Source: Octopus sinensis (taxonomy: Eukaryota). Taken from it: DNA of 64,000 nucleotides. The stretch is from contig NC_043008.1 in NCBI RefSeq assembly GCF_006345805.1, positions 65,658,001 through 65,722,000 of the forward strand. The letters run 5' to 3'. How positions within the stretch are numbered: position 1 is the stretch's first letter; every line of letters begins with the position of its first letter. The position numbers and the translations under genes are program-made. Shown here piece by piece: positions 12,690 to 26,930 of the stretch. The notes beneath the pieces are model-generated. The model ran no database searches, was not told the origin of the DNA, and worked only from the letters and a program-made list of their open reading frames with translations.

Positions 12690-13152
12690 ATGGAAGAAAT
12701 GCCACTAAGTATTTAGTCCGGTGTGCTAACTATTCTTATTTCTTTACTACCCACAAGGGGCTAAACATAGAGGGGACAAACAAGGACAGACAAACGGATT
12801 AAGTCGATTACGTTGACCCCAGTGCGTAACGGGTACTTAATTTATCGACCTCGAAAGGATGAAAAGCAACATCGACCTCGGCGGAATTCGAACTCAGAAC
12901 GTAGCGGCAGACGAAATACTTATTTCTTTACTACTCACAAGGGGCTAAACACAGAGAGAACAAACAAGAACAGACAAACAAATTAAGTCGATCATATCGA
13001 TCCCAGTGCGTAACTGTTACTTATTTAATCGACCATGAAAGGATGAACAGCAAAGTCGACCTCGGCGGAATTTGAACTCAGAACGTAACGGCAGACGAAA
13101 TACGGTTACACATTTCGCCCGGCGTGCTAAAGTTTCTGCCAGCTCGCAGCCT
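12690..13152 (-). mobile_element. SINE family C, head-to-tail multimer
   Basis: Reverse complement of a full family C unit (ggctgcgagctggcagaaac..), a headless second unit, and the head remnant of a third. Confidence 0.88.
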
Positions 13153-13169
13153 TTCTACTCTCAAATTAT

Positions 13170-13391
13170 ATAGGTTTCAAATTCTGGCACAAAGGGAGCA
13201 GTTTCGAGGGGGGTCCACGTCGACTACACGTACCCCAGTGTTCAACTGGTAATTATTTAATAGACCCCGAAATGATGAAATGTGATGACAACCTCGGCAG
13301 AATTTGAATCAAAACGTAAAAATGGGTGGAATGCCACTAAACATTTTTTCCGGCGTGCTAGAGTCTCTGATACCTTGCCGCGCTGCCGCCT
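13170..13391 (-). mobile_element. SINE family C-related older copy
   Basis: Reverse complement shows ggcggcagcgcgg.., ttcaaattctgccgagg, tcatttcgggg and tgtgccagaatttgaaacc. Confidence 0.7.
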
Positions 13392-13427
13392 TAAATAATA
13401 TTAATAATATTGTTACAGTTTAATATA

Positions 13428-13720
13428 CAGGGTGTTCGGGCTAAATGTGATAGCTCGCATAAAATGAAAGCAAAACACAATAGCACATCCATTTTGAATC
13501 AAATTTTATTCAAAGTAGCTGCTTTCAACCAAGGCCTCAATATCGTTCCGGAAGCATGCACATGCGTTCTTCACTGTTTTCCTAGGAAGATCTTCGAACA
13601 CCGCCTTGATCTTGAGCAACAGCTTGGCCTTCGTGATGTAGGCAAAGCGGTTGGTGCCTCCTTGAACCGCATCCCACACATTACAACAGGGGAATTGGGA
13701 CGCATCCGGGCGGAGGTAAA
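13428..13720 (-). mobile_element. Tc1/mariner (probably DD37D-type) transposon 3' end
   Basis: TA|CAGGGTG terminus; minus-strand peptide RPNSP..TNRFAYITKAKLLLKIKAVFEDLPRKTVKNACACFRNDIEALVESSYFE*. Confidence 0.7.
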
Positions 13721-13741
13721 GACAATGGACCGCACCCTCTT

Positions 13742-13925
13742 TGGGATTTTTTGGGGGGCTTTCTTTTTACAGGAACCCACTATATCGAGTAAGGAGGCAC
13801 ATGGCCTAGTGGTTAGAGCAGTGGACTCGCGGTCGAGGGATCGCGGGTTCGAATCTCAGACCGGGCGATATGTGCGTTTATGAGCGAAACACCTAAATGA
13901 TAGTTAAAGCATGTTTAAACAGCAA
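13742..13925 (+). mobile_element. Segment containing a truncated SINE family B head (tRNA-like A and B boxes)
   Basis: ggaggcacatggcctagtggttagagcagtggactcgcggtc..gggttcgaatc; duplicated at 12481-12664. Confidence 0.8.
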
Positions 13926-13967
13926 TGATACCGAATAATGGCAACAGCGATAATAATAACAACAACG

Positions 13968-14001
<34 letters not shown>

Positions 14002-16159
14002 CAACAACAACAACAAAAACAACAACAACAACAACAACAACAGCAATAATAATAGTCTTTTCTATCAAATGTACAAGATCTGAAATTTTGGTTGGGAGGT
14101 TAGTCGATTACATCGACCCCAGTGCTCACTTGGTACTTATTCCATCGATCCCAAAAGGATGAATGTTAAAGCGGGATGAAATATGTGAGTACGTGTACAT
14201 ATGCATATATATATATAAACAGACTGGCACACACATATATATATGAATGTATATCTATTTATGTATTTATGTATGTATATTTGTACCCACATCTGAGTTT
14301 TCTTCACTGGATTAACCATATTCAAAATTACGTTTATTTCTACCCTTGCTGTAATAATGATCACTTACCCCTGTCTCTCCTTTCCGGTAGTCGGTGTGCA
14401 TAATAGTTTCTCTATATTTTCTCCCCATAGCTAGAGATTATCTATGTCCAATCTAAAGCTTAGATTAAAACAGAAAACTTCAATTAACATAAAATATTCT
14501 TTATTGTAAAGTACGTAAATGATTGTTTCCATTATCTCCAGAAGTTTTATGTATATCTCGTTAGTTTCTTTACTTTAAATCTTCATGCACAATTTTATGT
14601 CGTTAGTGAATTTAAATCGACGTTTATACTTACAAGTTATATGTGTTTAGCATAAAATATAAGTCTATTGGGGAAAAGGAAACGATCGGTGACTATCAAA
14701 TATTAAATCCGTTACACTCTTCATTATTTCTAAGCTGGAATACGCCAACATATTTCTATAACTTATGTTTAATGACTGAGACTAGAATTTCGTTTTTCTT
14801 AAAGTCATCAAGTGTTCAACTATAACGGAAGTCATATGATTTATGTTATTATTTTTCGTATAAAAGTAAACATTTCTAAGGCATTATCTACAATTCTATT
14901 CTTAACAAATAGCTAAGTTATGAAACGTCATTTATTTATTTGCCGGAACGAAAATATTTTTCTTCTTTATTCTGAAGAGTTCTGTTGATTCTATGACGAT
15001 AAGTAAATATACCTGTTAGATATTTCAGTCCAGTAATCCAAAGTTAAATATTGGATTTAATGTTTATACTCAAACACACGTTGCCAATCAGATTTATGCA
15101 ATTTATTTTCAGATAATCGCTTCATTACTTTGTTACATTTCCTCATAGGTTCCACACAGGTGAATACATTTAGAGTAATATCTAAATTCAATACACTTGG
15201 GGAAACATTAACTTCTGGACGGATTTCTTCTAATTTAAGTAATATATGCTATTTCGTCTTTCTTTTTGATCAGCAGAATACATCATCCAATATGCCTTTT
15301 CCTGATTTAAGGGAGCAGAGTGTTGTTTTAGGGTAGTTTGCTACCTCTGGCACATAAAGCGACTGACACCCATTGGATTTAAGTGAATTTGTTGTTGCGG
15401 TTATTGTTGTTTTTTAGTCCCCAGATTTCCCGGGTCTAGTAGGCATATGAAAGATCTTCCATTCCTAAATGGCCCATCGGTTTGTGCATCAAAATCTATT
15501 TATCCAATAGATAGTTGGTTGAAGACAATATGATGAGTTTTGAGCGGTATTTCTCTACTATCGCCAGTAAACCGAGCCTTCTTGTAAATGCTCCCGTATT
15601 CAACACAGAAACTGACATACATTAGCATCCGCTTATTCGTAAGCTTATTTGTAAGATACTGTTTGTCGGAAATAGAGCGAGGCGTTTTCTTCCATATTTC
15701 TTTTATAAGTTCGATTTACTTCCTTCAGAGAGGTGACTCCTGTAAAAGATGGTGTTAGGTACGGGTTAACTCGGTCTCAAGAGTGCAGAAATATTGCGGA
15801 TATTAGAAATTATATAAAAAGAAGGATTACTAAGTATGAGTGGGGTAAGTTGTGAGAAGAATGGGAGACAACTTTGATTTTATATACATAGATATACTCG
15901 TATAAATTCTATTTCAATATCGATCCCAAATAAATATATAGAAGGGAAAATATTGTGGAAGATGGGAAAACTTATTGTCATAAATAAGAAAAGGAACAAA
16001 TAATGTTCACAGTTATACGGTGTCCATATAGTGAATAAAATTCTCATGCTTATTTGCATAAAATTTATTTGAATTAAAACAAAATATAATTTAATCAGAA
16101 AAAATCTATGACGCAATCCGGTGTTCATTTATAAATTTTCATTGACAACTGCTAAATAT

Positions 16160-16508
16160 TTATTACCTCCGCCTCAGCGAAGGCGAAAGTATTGTTTCCA
16201 GTCGTGTTTGTTTCTTCGTCCGTGAGCAAGATATCTCAAGAGCCGCAGGATGAGTTCGGATGAAACTTTCAAGGATACTTGGCCTCGTCACTAGCAGGAA
16301 CTGATTAGATTTGGGGATCAATCTGGATTATTTTTCCGGGTTTTTTTAACTTAATTTTTGTGAGCGATCGGGTTCGATTTTAGTATTCTCGCTTGTGAGA
16401 GCAGTCGAGTTTATTTAAGATATTCTCATTTTAAAAATCATCTCCGGCTAATTGTTAGGAGGACGTTGGTGTTACCTTGCGGAGGCTTGCGCTCTCTGAG
16501 TTTACTTA
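16160..16508 (+). mobile_element. Helentron-associated non-autonomous element (HINE/DINE-like)
   Basis: Starts ttattacctccgcc. Subterminal inverted repeats cctccgc (16166-16172) and gcggagg (16479-16485) are followed by gcgctctctgag, in T-rich flanks. Confidence 0.55.
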
Positions 16509-17264
16509 TACATTCAGACATTTGTCTCGAAAAAGCAATGTTTTGCCTGCGCTAATCATACCATCACTTCTCACAGTGATTTTAGTTCCGTAAGTTCGTT
16601 TACAGATGTCTAATATATAAATCTCTATATTAAGAATTTATGTTTGTATTTTGCAAATTTTTAAATCAAATTCCATTAATTTGGCGGCATACATAAATAC
16701 ATCCTCTGAGTGATTTAGGCGTTACCGCTCTGTATCATGTCTTTTTGTATAACAAAATATGTAGCTTGGTGTTCTAAACATTTTTAAGTCTACCCTGATG
16801 TTAATGATTCATTACATCATATTTTGGATCATTTTAAAATATTAGCTCTATCAGTTATACAGTGATATCATTATTTGCTTGGAATTTATGCTGTTTATTG
16901 CTATGTTATTTGTAATTTGAGATGTGTATGCCCTTGTTGCAAATACAACATTGAAATAATGGCATGATAAAATAAAAAAGCGAACGATCCACCAGCCTAC
17001 CAACCTAGCATCTGCTAATCTGTTATCATAATGACACAGCTGTGTTCTCTCAGTCAGCTGTTAATTTTTCTATAAATAAAAATAAAGCATGTAACGAACG
17101 TATCAAATTGCCAAAAGGTAACTGCAACTGTTTTACATCACAATTGATTGCGTGATTGAGCGCTTTAGTATCTGCTCTGATATCATAGAATTTACTGCAA
17201 CCAAACAAATCCTTAATAAGTTATCAGTTATTAAGAAACAAAATAGAAAAAGATTACTTTTCTC

Positions 17265-17311
<47 letters not shown>

Positions 17312-18379
17312 CTTTGTCTAGTTTGTTATTTGGATAATAATTACACTTAAAAATCTCTTAACGTCTATTATCAGTCCATATGCAGATAAACTATATCTAT
17401 ACAAAAGAAAAACATCAGTCATTTTCTTTTCTTTTCAAAAAAAATAAATGCAATAGAAATACGTTTACAGATATATGATTACATAGAAAAAAACTATTTT
17501 CAATATGAGGGTCCAAAGGAAAGTTGGATTAGTTTTATTAACACGACGGGTTTAGCTTCAAATTGATCGTTTGCAAGTGTTCCTCACTCATAGATGAATG
17601 ACATGTGTACTGTCCTTTGGTCTATACTCACGTAAAGGATATCCTCGTGTACAAATCAAGATTCAACACCACATATATCTTATTTCACTATTCTTATATG
17701 AATGGAAATGCCTAAAACGTTAAAGCAGTTGTCTTCAAGGCAATTACATTTAAACCTCATTTTCTCCAATGAACTCACATATTTGACTAATAAATCAGTA
17801 GAACGGTAGAATCAGATTAAATTAGCGATGCTAAGCGTCAGGAAATAGCAATACAAAAGTTAGATAGTGTTATATATTGTATACGTATATGTATGTCATT
17901 ATTCAGTTTTATCTCAAGATTTCTTGCCAATAGAGAAAAAGCCCGTTTCTAACCTAGATCCAAGGCTCCTTCATTGGAATTTGAACATCAACAACAGGAA
18001 TTTTTTATGAATGCATGTAAATATATATGTATACGTGAAGATTTGTATATTGTGTTTTATGTATGTCTTCTCATGCATATGCTTGTATAATTAAACATGC
18101 ACAGTTATACTTAAATGATAAACTTCTGGAAAGTGTTATAGATTTTTTAGTTTCAGTGACGAATGAATGTGTAGTTTTCGAATCAGTTTTATCTTTTTTA
18201 ATTTTCAGAAGCCTACTTTCTCAATATTGGTACATATCCCAGTACCTCAATAATTGCAGGTATACACCTGAATTTGTTATCTCGACAGAGTAATTGGAGA
18301 TTTTGTCATAGGTGCCATTGTGCGATATGTTTTCCTCCACCCCTGGATACCTTTAACATGTATGTATGTATGTATGTAA

Positions 18380-18497
<118 letters not shown>

Positions 18498-18519
18498 ACA
18501 GACAGAAATATTCATATGC

Positions 18520-19952
18520 TTGTATAAGTGCCGTTGCGAGCTGAGCTAGAAGCAAACGGGAACGTTTCAAGCAAGATCATTGCTCGAAGACTGATGAGTT
18601 GTTTTTCTATCTAGGTGAGTAAATTGAAATAACTAATCTCTTTAGAGTGTTTGGCAAACATTTGATTTTCTTGAACCTGAGATATCTGGTTCGATGTTTC
18701 TGCCCACAGTGTGCCCAATTTCCATGCTACAAAATACTCGGCAGTATTGTGATAGAATTTCACGAGAAAATGCGTTGTGGGAACGAATGTATTTACTGTG
18801 GAAAGATTTTCAACGTGATTTTTGTACACAATAGTTGGGTGTTTTCTACTGTCGACAGTCGAAAAACTGCTGAATGAATAAGAAAGAATCCTATAAAACA
18901 AAGGTCTATAATACTGACCTCTCGCATTTATACAAATTTTATTTTAGCATGCTTGAAGAAAGAGGGTTAAAAGTTTTTAAAGAATATCAAATGGATGTTG
19001 AAAAATATCAAAGCATACGTGATTAAGGCGGTGCTCCAGCATGGCCGCAGTCAAATGGCTGAAACAAGTAAAAGAATAAAAGAATAACAAAACGGCTATT
19101 GCATACTAAAATTAGTGTGGGTTTGACGAAATTGAGGACAGTGTAATACCTGAAGACAATGATAATGTAATTAAGCGTTTTATGAAGTGATGATTTTGGC
19201 GCTTCTGATTTTAACGAGGCACAAGTTTTAGACGTTGGAGTTGATTGAATGTTTTTGCTTTTATTATTACTGCATTGGATAAGACTCACATTGAAGTCAT
19301 TCGAGGAAATTATCTGTATGTAAGATTTGTATGCACTCATGGTTATCAGATATTCCACGTGTAAAGAAGTTTTTCAGTTACGCTGATTTTCTGCTTCGTG
19401 TTCAATAGAAAAAGCCTGCTATCATGCATCATTCTTTTTATAAAAGGATCTCCCAATATCTAAGCTGCTTTTTTCCTTGTACAGTTTTCATGTATGATAT
19501 CTTAATTGTAAAGGACGTCTTCTGCAATGCTGATTTCGTGCTTTATACTGAACAGAAAATACAGGCATGTTGTTTTTTAATATAATGTTTTTTGCTATAC
19601 CTAAGTAGTTTTGCATGTTTTCCTGTAGGAAACTTTAATTATAGATGAAATTTTTAAACCCTCTTTTTTTCTGTGACATGCATAGTCACACCTTCTACGA
19701 AGCAGTGTCAACTGTTCGTGTACGATATTTTAAGTGTAAATTACTTTCTAAAATGTCTGGTGGGGATGTTCTGTGTCTAATATTAAACATGTTTTGATGC
19801 TATTTCCTAAATAAAAACTATATTAAAATATATTGGGTGACAAGCACCGAAATTGTAGAGCGCTTAAATACACAAACTTTATATAATATGAATTTATTTA
19901 CATAATAATCTTCCTACACTGAGGGTGCATCTTATATACCGTAAAATATGGT
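18520..19952 (+). mobile_element. Degraded pogo/Tigger-like DNA transposon
   Basis: Right end gtgcatcttatataccgtaaaatatggta resembles a TACCGTATTTT-type TIR. Peptide remnants are ELEANGN and CDRISRENAL. 19310-19620 is homologous to 35030-35320. Confidence 0.45.
19024..19086 (+). mobile_element. SINE family A 3' tail only
   Basis: ggcggtgctccagcatggccgcagtcaaatggctgaaacaagtaaaagaataaaagaata. Confidence 0.8.
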
Positions 19953-20562
19953 ACTTCCAACTCAAAATTAGTTCATGCTCTCGGTAAAGAAGAGTAATTA
20001 AAATTCTTTTAGCGTGAGTTTTTTTAAGAATATTTCTATACTTTTATCTCTTACTTTATAATTTGGTTTTTGTTTAGATTTTTCTTCCTTTATTTTCATT
20101 ACGTTTTTGCTTCAAAGAATTAGTTTTTAAAAGCAGGAAGTAATTCTAAATTGTAATATTGGCAATTGAATCTTCATTGTCTGAGAAATTTTTAGAAGCA
20201 GACATTTATTTTATTTAGTTTAGAAATTTTTTTCTCATCTTTGCTTTAATTATTTTGTTCTTTTTTTTTGTTTATATTTTTCTCTTCTTCTTTTCAGAAT
20301 GTTGATTTAAGTTAATAAAGACTTCATTGGTTGTAAAGAAAGGGAAAACAAATCAGAAGAGATAATAATAATGATGATAATAATAATATTATAATAATAA
20401 TAACGAAGAAGAAGAAGAGGAAGAAGAAAAAGGAGAAGAAGAAGAAGAAGAAGAAGAAGAAGAAATTATCATTCGTGAAGCAAACCAAAATTTTTGTAAA
20501 GATAATATTTTAATATATTTCAGTGCCTTTCAATAAGAAACTAAAGAATTCAATTACGATCG

Positions 20563-20608
20563 ATGCTGTTGTTGGTGTTACTGATGTTTTGTAACTACCC
20601 TGCTATAG
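20563..20608 (+). CDS. Candidate first coding exon encoding a signal-peptide-like sequence
   Basis: ATG..MLLLVLLMFCNYPAI plus one base, then gtatac (phase 1). A strong acceptor at 20296-20297 (tcttcttcttttcag) and a UTR-like repeat-rich leader lie upstream. The donor is mediocre and no downstream exon is confirmed. Confidence 0.25.
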
Positions 20609-22124
20609 GTATACTTAAGTAATTAAGAAGAGTATGTAAGGTGTTATGCTTAGTCACTTGTATAATGCTATCGTTGTAAAGCAATCTAATTGCGTGATGA
20701 ATTATGCACGTGTTTTGTGTCAAAGAAAAAGCTGAAGCTTGTAGGTAATCGTCACTTATAATATAAATATTCTAGAAAAGACTTATGGGGGAAATGTTTT
20801 CTTATACACGCCAACACGCCCCTCGCGCACATGCATACATTTACACACACGCACATATAAGCAACATTGTAAATATATTACTTAGTACACTATAAAGTAT
20901 TACTTTTACACACTCACATACATCAGATACACACGTACATGTGTATGCGTGTGTGTTTAATTTGCTTAAATGCAATAATAAAATATTTTTGAAAATATTA
21001 ACTCACTTATTGGAGGGAAACACACAGGTAATAAAATACAAACGCTCTTCATTCTTTAATGAAAGCGAGCGCAAGCAAAATCATTGCTCTTTTATGAGAG
21101 TGAAATCACAGAGCGTATGTAAAATAAGTCTACGCAAAAGGTACTTTGAATTTGAAAAGCAATTCAAATTCTATTTGTTTGACATCGAAACAACAACTAT
21201 TGATTGTTACCGTTGCATTGGATAAACAGTTACTTACAAAGTGGAAACCAATTATTGTTTCATATTTATTAACTTTTATATTTAATCTGAGTAATACTTA
21301 TTTACCCAGGGTGCATAAAACTACTATAGATAAAGGAATTACAGTGACTCTATGCTGATGAACCAAGTGTCGGGTGTAACCAAGAGAGTTGGTGTAAAAT
21401 TAGAGATAGATTATCTTCAGTTAAATAATCTGCAGCTTACTTTGGGAGTCTAGTTATGTAACTATCGATACAACTGAATACACGAATTAGGAATACGCAA
21501 CTACAAATTGAATTTGTCAGCTCAGAGATGACTTTTATTTGACACTGGCATGTGATCTCTCGTATGCTGGGCGCTGATAAAAAGTTAATCATAGGAAGTT
21601 GTAATTACATCGCGTATCAGAATTGTTAGACAATGAGGAAACCAGGAGCAATATTAGTAGTAAATTATGTGAAAAATATAATGCATAGAAAGCTATCTAC
21701 ATAGGTTTTCTCCACAGTTCTTTATTATTTCTAAAGTTAGGCAAATATGAAGCAAAATCTAAAGGTTTGGGAAATGTTATCTTTTCTGGGTCTCATGTAA
21801 GCAAACATACTGATGTTATTCAGTGAGTTAGGATATTAATATAAAGTATAGAACATATCATCTAAGTCTATAATGGTATGTTAGTAGCCCCTTAAAACTT
21901 CGTACAAATCATGATGAAAATGATTAACGTTTATTTATCTATAGTTTCCAGGGTTTCTATAGACGTGCGTGTGAAGCATTTTTCTGCGTTAGTTTATGTA
22001 TATATATATATAATTAATAATATCAGGGTAATAAACATTTTAGAAAATTTTACTAGCGTAAAAAAATTAGTCAATAGACTATATTTTATTCATATAAAAT
22101 ACAGTGTACGTTAAGACACATTAA

Positions 22125-22499
22125 GAGGCTTCCATCATAGGAATCGTATTACGCTAGAAAGGCAAGTTAATGTCCAAACCACTAATTAGGGATAAATTCT
22201 CGAAGGGAATGAATTGCGATTGCGCAGTGGATTTCAAAAAATAAAAATATACAAGCAATATAATACATGCTGGATTGGCCTCGTTATTTATATATTTAAT
22301 CTATGGCGCCCCTGTTGACAAAGACATCGCCTGGTAAATAATAATTGTTATTTACTAAAATAAGTCAGAAACCATGGTCCAGGAAATAGATGGTAAATGT
22401 TTTTTTATTTTTCATTCCCTTCGAAAATTTATCCCTAATTAGTGGTTTGGACTTTAACTGTTCGTTCTAGCGTGATAGGATTCCTATGATGGAAACCTT
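22125..22499. mobile_element. MITE with TTAA target duplication and long TIRs (Kolobok-like)
   Basis: TTAA at 22121-22124 and 22500-22503. Imperfect TIRs of about 93 bp (gaggcttccatcataggaatc..agggataaatt.tcgaagggaatgaa). Termini begin with purines, unlike the CCC of piggyBac. Confidence 0.7.
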
Positions 22500-22578
22500 T
22501 TAATGTGTTTTAATGTACACTGTATTTATATATATATATATAATATATATATATATAGTCATATTTATACACGTATAT

Positions 22579-22616
<38 letters not shown>

Positions 22617-23063
22617 ACACACACACACACACGCACACACACATATATATATATATATATATTCAGAAACGCAAACGTGCACATATGAACACACAGAAAT
22701 ATACACATACACATATACGTACTGCGTTTCTATATGCCCGTATGGTTAAGTCACTATGTAACACTACATTACGTAAGTACAGTTTTACACACACACATGC
22801 ATATATATGTGTGTCTATGTGTGTGTATGTAAACGCGTATGTATATATATATATATATATTGAGAGAGAGAGAGAGAGAGAGAGAGAGCAGCCATAATAT
22901 AAGGGTCAGTAAAACAAGTGTATTGAAATATTTATTATAAAAGATTAGCAAAGCATTGAGTCTAGATATCCTACACATATTTAGATATATCTAACATCTG
23001 TCTTTCGATAAAGTCTCATGGGAATGGGGGAAATATTTCGTAAGTTATGAGGAGATAAACAGA

Positions 23064-24306
23064 TAATCTTCCAAACTGCAACTGCCAAAAGTTAAGGGCC
23101 ACTTAAAAAAAACAATGACAAGTGGAACAAGAACAAAGACAAAACCTTACTATTAATATTTTGTGAACATCTTTTTACTATCATTGAACCCCTGACATCT
23201 GTTACCACAGGACTGAATTGATTTCTTGAAAACAAATGGAGTAATATTGTTCCATTTGTTTTTCAATGGTTCCCAGTGTTGGTTCTTTGGGTTTCTCCTT
23301 CGCCCCCATCTTCAATAATGTTCCAAACGTTTTCTATAGGGACTTTGAGGTAGCCTTTCCATGAGACCAACTCCTTCATCACTCAAACAATCTTTGACTT
23401 TCTTCGCAGAATGACAGGGAGCGATGTCCTACACGAAGATATGAGGTTAAACTGACGAGTATCGGAGATGTGGAAGGGCATGCTGTATAAGAATCTGCTC
23501 GTAGATTTCAGCATTGACGGTCCATTTTAGACGAATAATTGGACCAGGACCAAAAGCAGAGATCATTCTCCATAGCGCTACACTGCCTCCTCCATATTTC
23601 ACTGTCTTCGTCATACATGCACGAAATAACCTTTCGCCACTTCGCCTGACGTACATTCCACCATCGGAACCAATGATATTAAACTTCGATTCACCACTGT
23701 TCTTCTGTCTAAAAGATCACTGTTCTCCTGTATAAACTACATGTTCGTGAGCAAAACGAAGAAGGGTTCTTTGATTCCTCTTGGAGATCAAATGTTTCTT
23801 TGCTGGTGCCTGAGGAAGCAACCCAGAACCGCGTAACCTACGAGAAACTGTTTTGCGCGATACGTTGACATTGGAAGTGGAGTTAGATTCACGGGATATC
23901 GCACGCTAATACCTATCCTTCAGTGATATTCTAACCATAATACGATCCTGTCTTGGTGAAGTTTTACGTGGTCTCTCGGTGTGGGGTTTAGCACTTGTCG
24001 ATCTTGATGACGTAACATTAGCTACAATTCCTTGCACAACGCTTCTACACCTTCCTGCAATAGTTGCTATTACAGAATTTGACTTGCCCTCTTGGTGAAG
24101 GCACACAGTGCTTTCTTTTTCATCACAGGACACCGGTTGTCTCTCACAAGCCGCTATATTGAGAGTTGAATGTTCCAATAATGTAAGATCATAAGACGTA
24201 ACTGTTAGTCCATTAATAGTCTTCTAAAGAACAAATACCTCGGTTAGTAGTTCATTCTTATCTATGTGACCCTTAAAATTTAGGCCGCTGCAAATTGGAA
24301 GACAGT
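23064..24306 (-). mobile_element. Degraded Tc1-like transposon
   Basis: Minus-strand peptides LHQEGKS..GRCRSVVQ..RPRKTSPRQDRIMVRIS and KTVKYGGGSVALW..Y..IL..HALP. Degenerate TIRs cttccaa..tgca..gcc.aaa.ttaaggg.cac at both ends. Confidence 0.8.
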
Positions 24307-24472
24307 ATGTTATTTCCTCATAACTTACGAAATATTTATTCCATTCAGTTGGAACTTTTACGAAAGATAGATATTAGATGTATAACATATGTATAAATAT
24401 GTATAAACTATCTAATCTCAAGTGTAGCTAATCGTCTATAATAACTATTTCAATACACTTGTTCTTACTGAC

Positions 24473-24475
<3 letters not shown>

Positions 24476-24520
<45 letters not shown>

Positions 24521-24526
24521 GAATAT

Positions 24527-24569
<43 letters not shown>

Positions 24570-24670
24570 ATATATATGTATACAGATATATATATACACA
24601 CACACATATATATATATTCATATATATATATGTATACAAATATATATATATATATATATATACAAATATA
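24476..24670. repeat. Interrupted (TA)n microsatellite
   Basis: Direct reading. Confidence 0.93.
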
Positions 24671-26824
24671 CTTGCACAAAGGCGTGTGTGTATGCAAGTG
24701 TATGTATATAAATGAGATACGACTGCTTCCTTTTCAAGAAATACAACTTGTACAACATAAATACGCTACACACGCTATCCAAGCAGCTGTTCGGAATAGA
24801 CACATATTTTTGTATCCCCTTAATATAAAGTTGAATTTATACATAGAGATATTTTCTTTTGCTTAGACTAGAATGTTATGACAGAATCACTTGCTTTATA
24901 TGTCTACAATGAAAGAAAAATATAAGTTTTTTTCAGTAAACGAGGGAGTTTTTAGCTGCATTTATTTAACCAGGCTATTACAGAATAGAACAGCATTGTC
25001 AAAAAAAATATAAAGAGAACAGTTGAGAGTGACAATTGGTAAGAAGAAGAATTAAATACGTTATTCCACTTCAGAACGTTGATTCTGACCTTTGATCTCA
25101 CCTAACAATGATGCTAAAATAGACGTGAAGCTAGTCAGAAACTAAAATTGGTTCTGTAAAGAAATCTGACAGTGCTGTAATTATAAGAAGCGTTTATATC
25201 TTAGGTCAATATGTCCTTGAAAAATGGATATAAAAGTTTCTAGAAAGAAATGCTTACCAAGTGCTAATTCTTACACGTATTGTTGATTTTTCTCTCACGT
25301 TTTATTTTATTTTTTCCTATTCGTTCTTTTCCATAAATTCTCACTTTTGTACTTTTTCTCTGTACGTAAAAATATTATGAATCACCACTAAATTCTTGAA
25401 GAACCATTGAATACAATGTTTCAGAAACAGATATACAAGGGCTGGTTTCTTCTAACAGGTAATGAAAGCAAACGAATTCACAATTGCACGCTTCTGCAGC
25501 TTAAGTATCCTTACTTATGGTAATAAACTATATTTCATTGTACATATCTCCTTGCATTATTTCTAACAGCTTAATAGAGACATAGAAATTATAATGATTT
25601 TGTCATAAAGATGGAAAAAACTTCTGAATACGATAGAAGCCATGAAAACCTCAGCTGTAGAATGAAATAGCCCCCTTTAGTGTATTTCTACAAAGATCGT
25701 TCGTGAAAAGAATATTTCTTCCTAGGCAGTTATCACTGCGAAGGTCTGAACACATTTGTGTACGTGAAACTGTTAAATATAAATTTACGCTGTTTTATTT
25801 TAATCATAACTTATTAGTGTGCCTGTATGTAGGCAATTTCAACTTCCCAGAGTTTTGCAGACACCAGAAAATTATTCATCTCAAATAAATTCGTTTAAAG
25901 CAATCTAAATAGAAAGACTTAACTGGATTTAACCTATCAGTTGATGTTTCAAACTAAAAATTATCTTTTATTAACAGGTATTACGTACAATATCATTAAT
26001 TATATAATAATAAAGTAAGTCAGTAAAGATAATCTTGTGGAACAGAGGAAAGCTAGCAGCCATGAACTATAAGGAAAGAAAGTATCGAAATAGAGATGGA
26101 ATAAAGATAGTATAAGATTCAACCAAGGATTATAAAAAAATGTTTTTACTCAGAGGAGCGTTATCGATTAACTAGCACTAGATCAGTCTAATTTGCATTT
26201 CAATCAAACTACTATAGAATTTTAATCATCTGTGGGCTTTAAAAAGTGAAATTATTCATGAAGAATTTTGTAGGAATCTAAATCAGAGGTAGATTCGTCC
26301 ATCTTAAGCCATCATAGACAAGGTAATCACAGACAAGGCCATGCTGGAGTATGAGATTAATATATTCCAGAATAACAGTTAGATGTATCTACTAATGTTG
26401 ATTCATCGCCTATTCTGTAAGAATGATGAATTTGATTTTCCGATATCTACTCTTTTGTTTATCGTTTATATTTTAATGAATTTTAAATTAAACACTTGAG
26501 AAAATCTACCTAACCATTCGAAAAAATGATTTTTACAACGTAATTGTTCCTAATAAAGCAAATGAGATACAATCTTTAAAAAATGATTTCATCAAATGAG
26601 AAACCTAAAAGTAATAATGGCTTCTAATTAGCGACACATTAACAACCCTCACATTCAGAAATTTATACCATTTAATACCTATTAGATATACATTCAGACA
26701 AACATACGTACACACACATACACGAACGCACACACACACACACGCATATATATGAATGTATGTATATAAATGCATAAATTTATTGATATACATACATATA
26801 TATCTATATTTATATGTATATATT

Positions 26825-26916
<92 letters not shown>

Positions 26917-26930
26917 CAGATAGATAGATA
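26825..26930 (+). repeat. (TAGA)n microsatellite
   Basis: Direct reading. Confidence 0.97.

Noticed and set aside
18646-18834. Protein-like frame SVWQTFDFLEPEISGSMF..ENALWERMY as a host exon
   Set aside because: It lies inside the pogo-like remnant, the implied upstream intron would be only 31 nt, and several frames are open.
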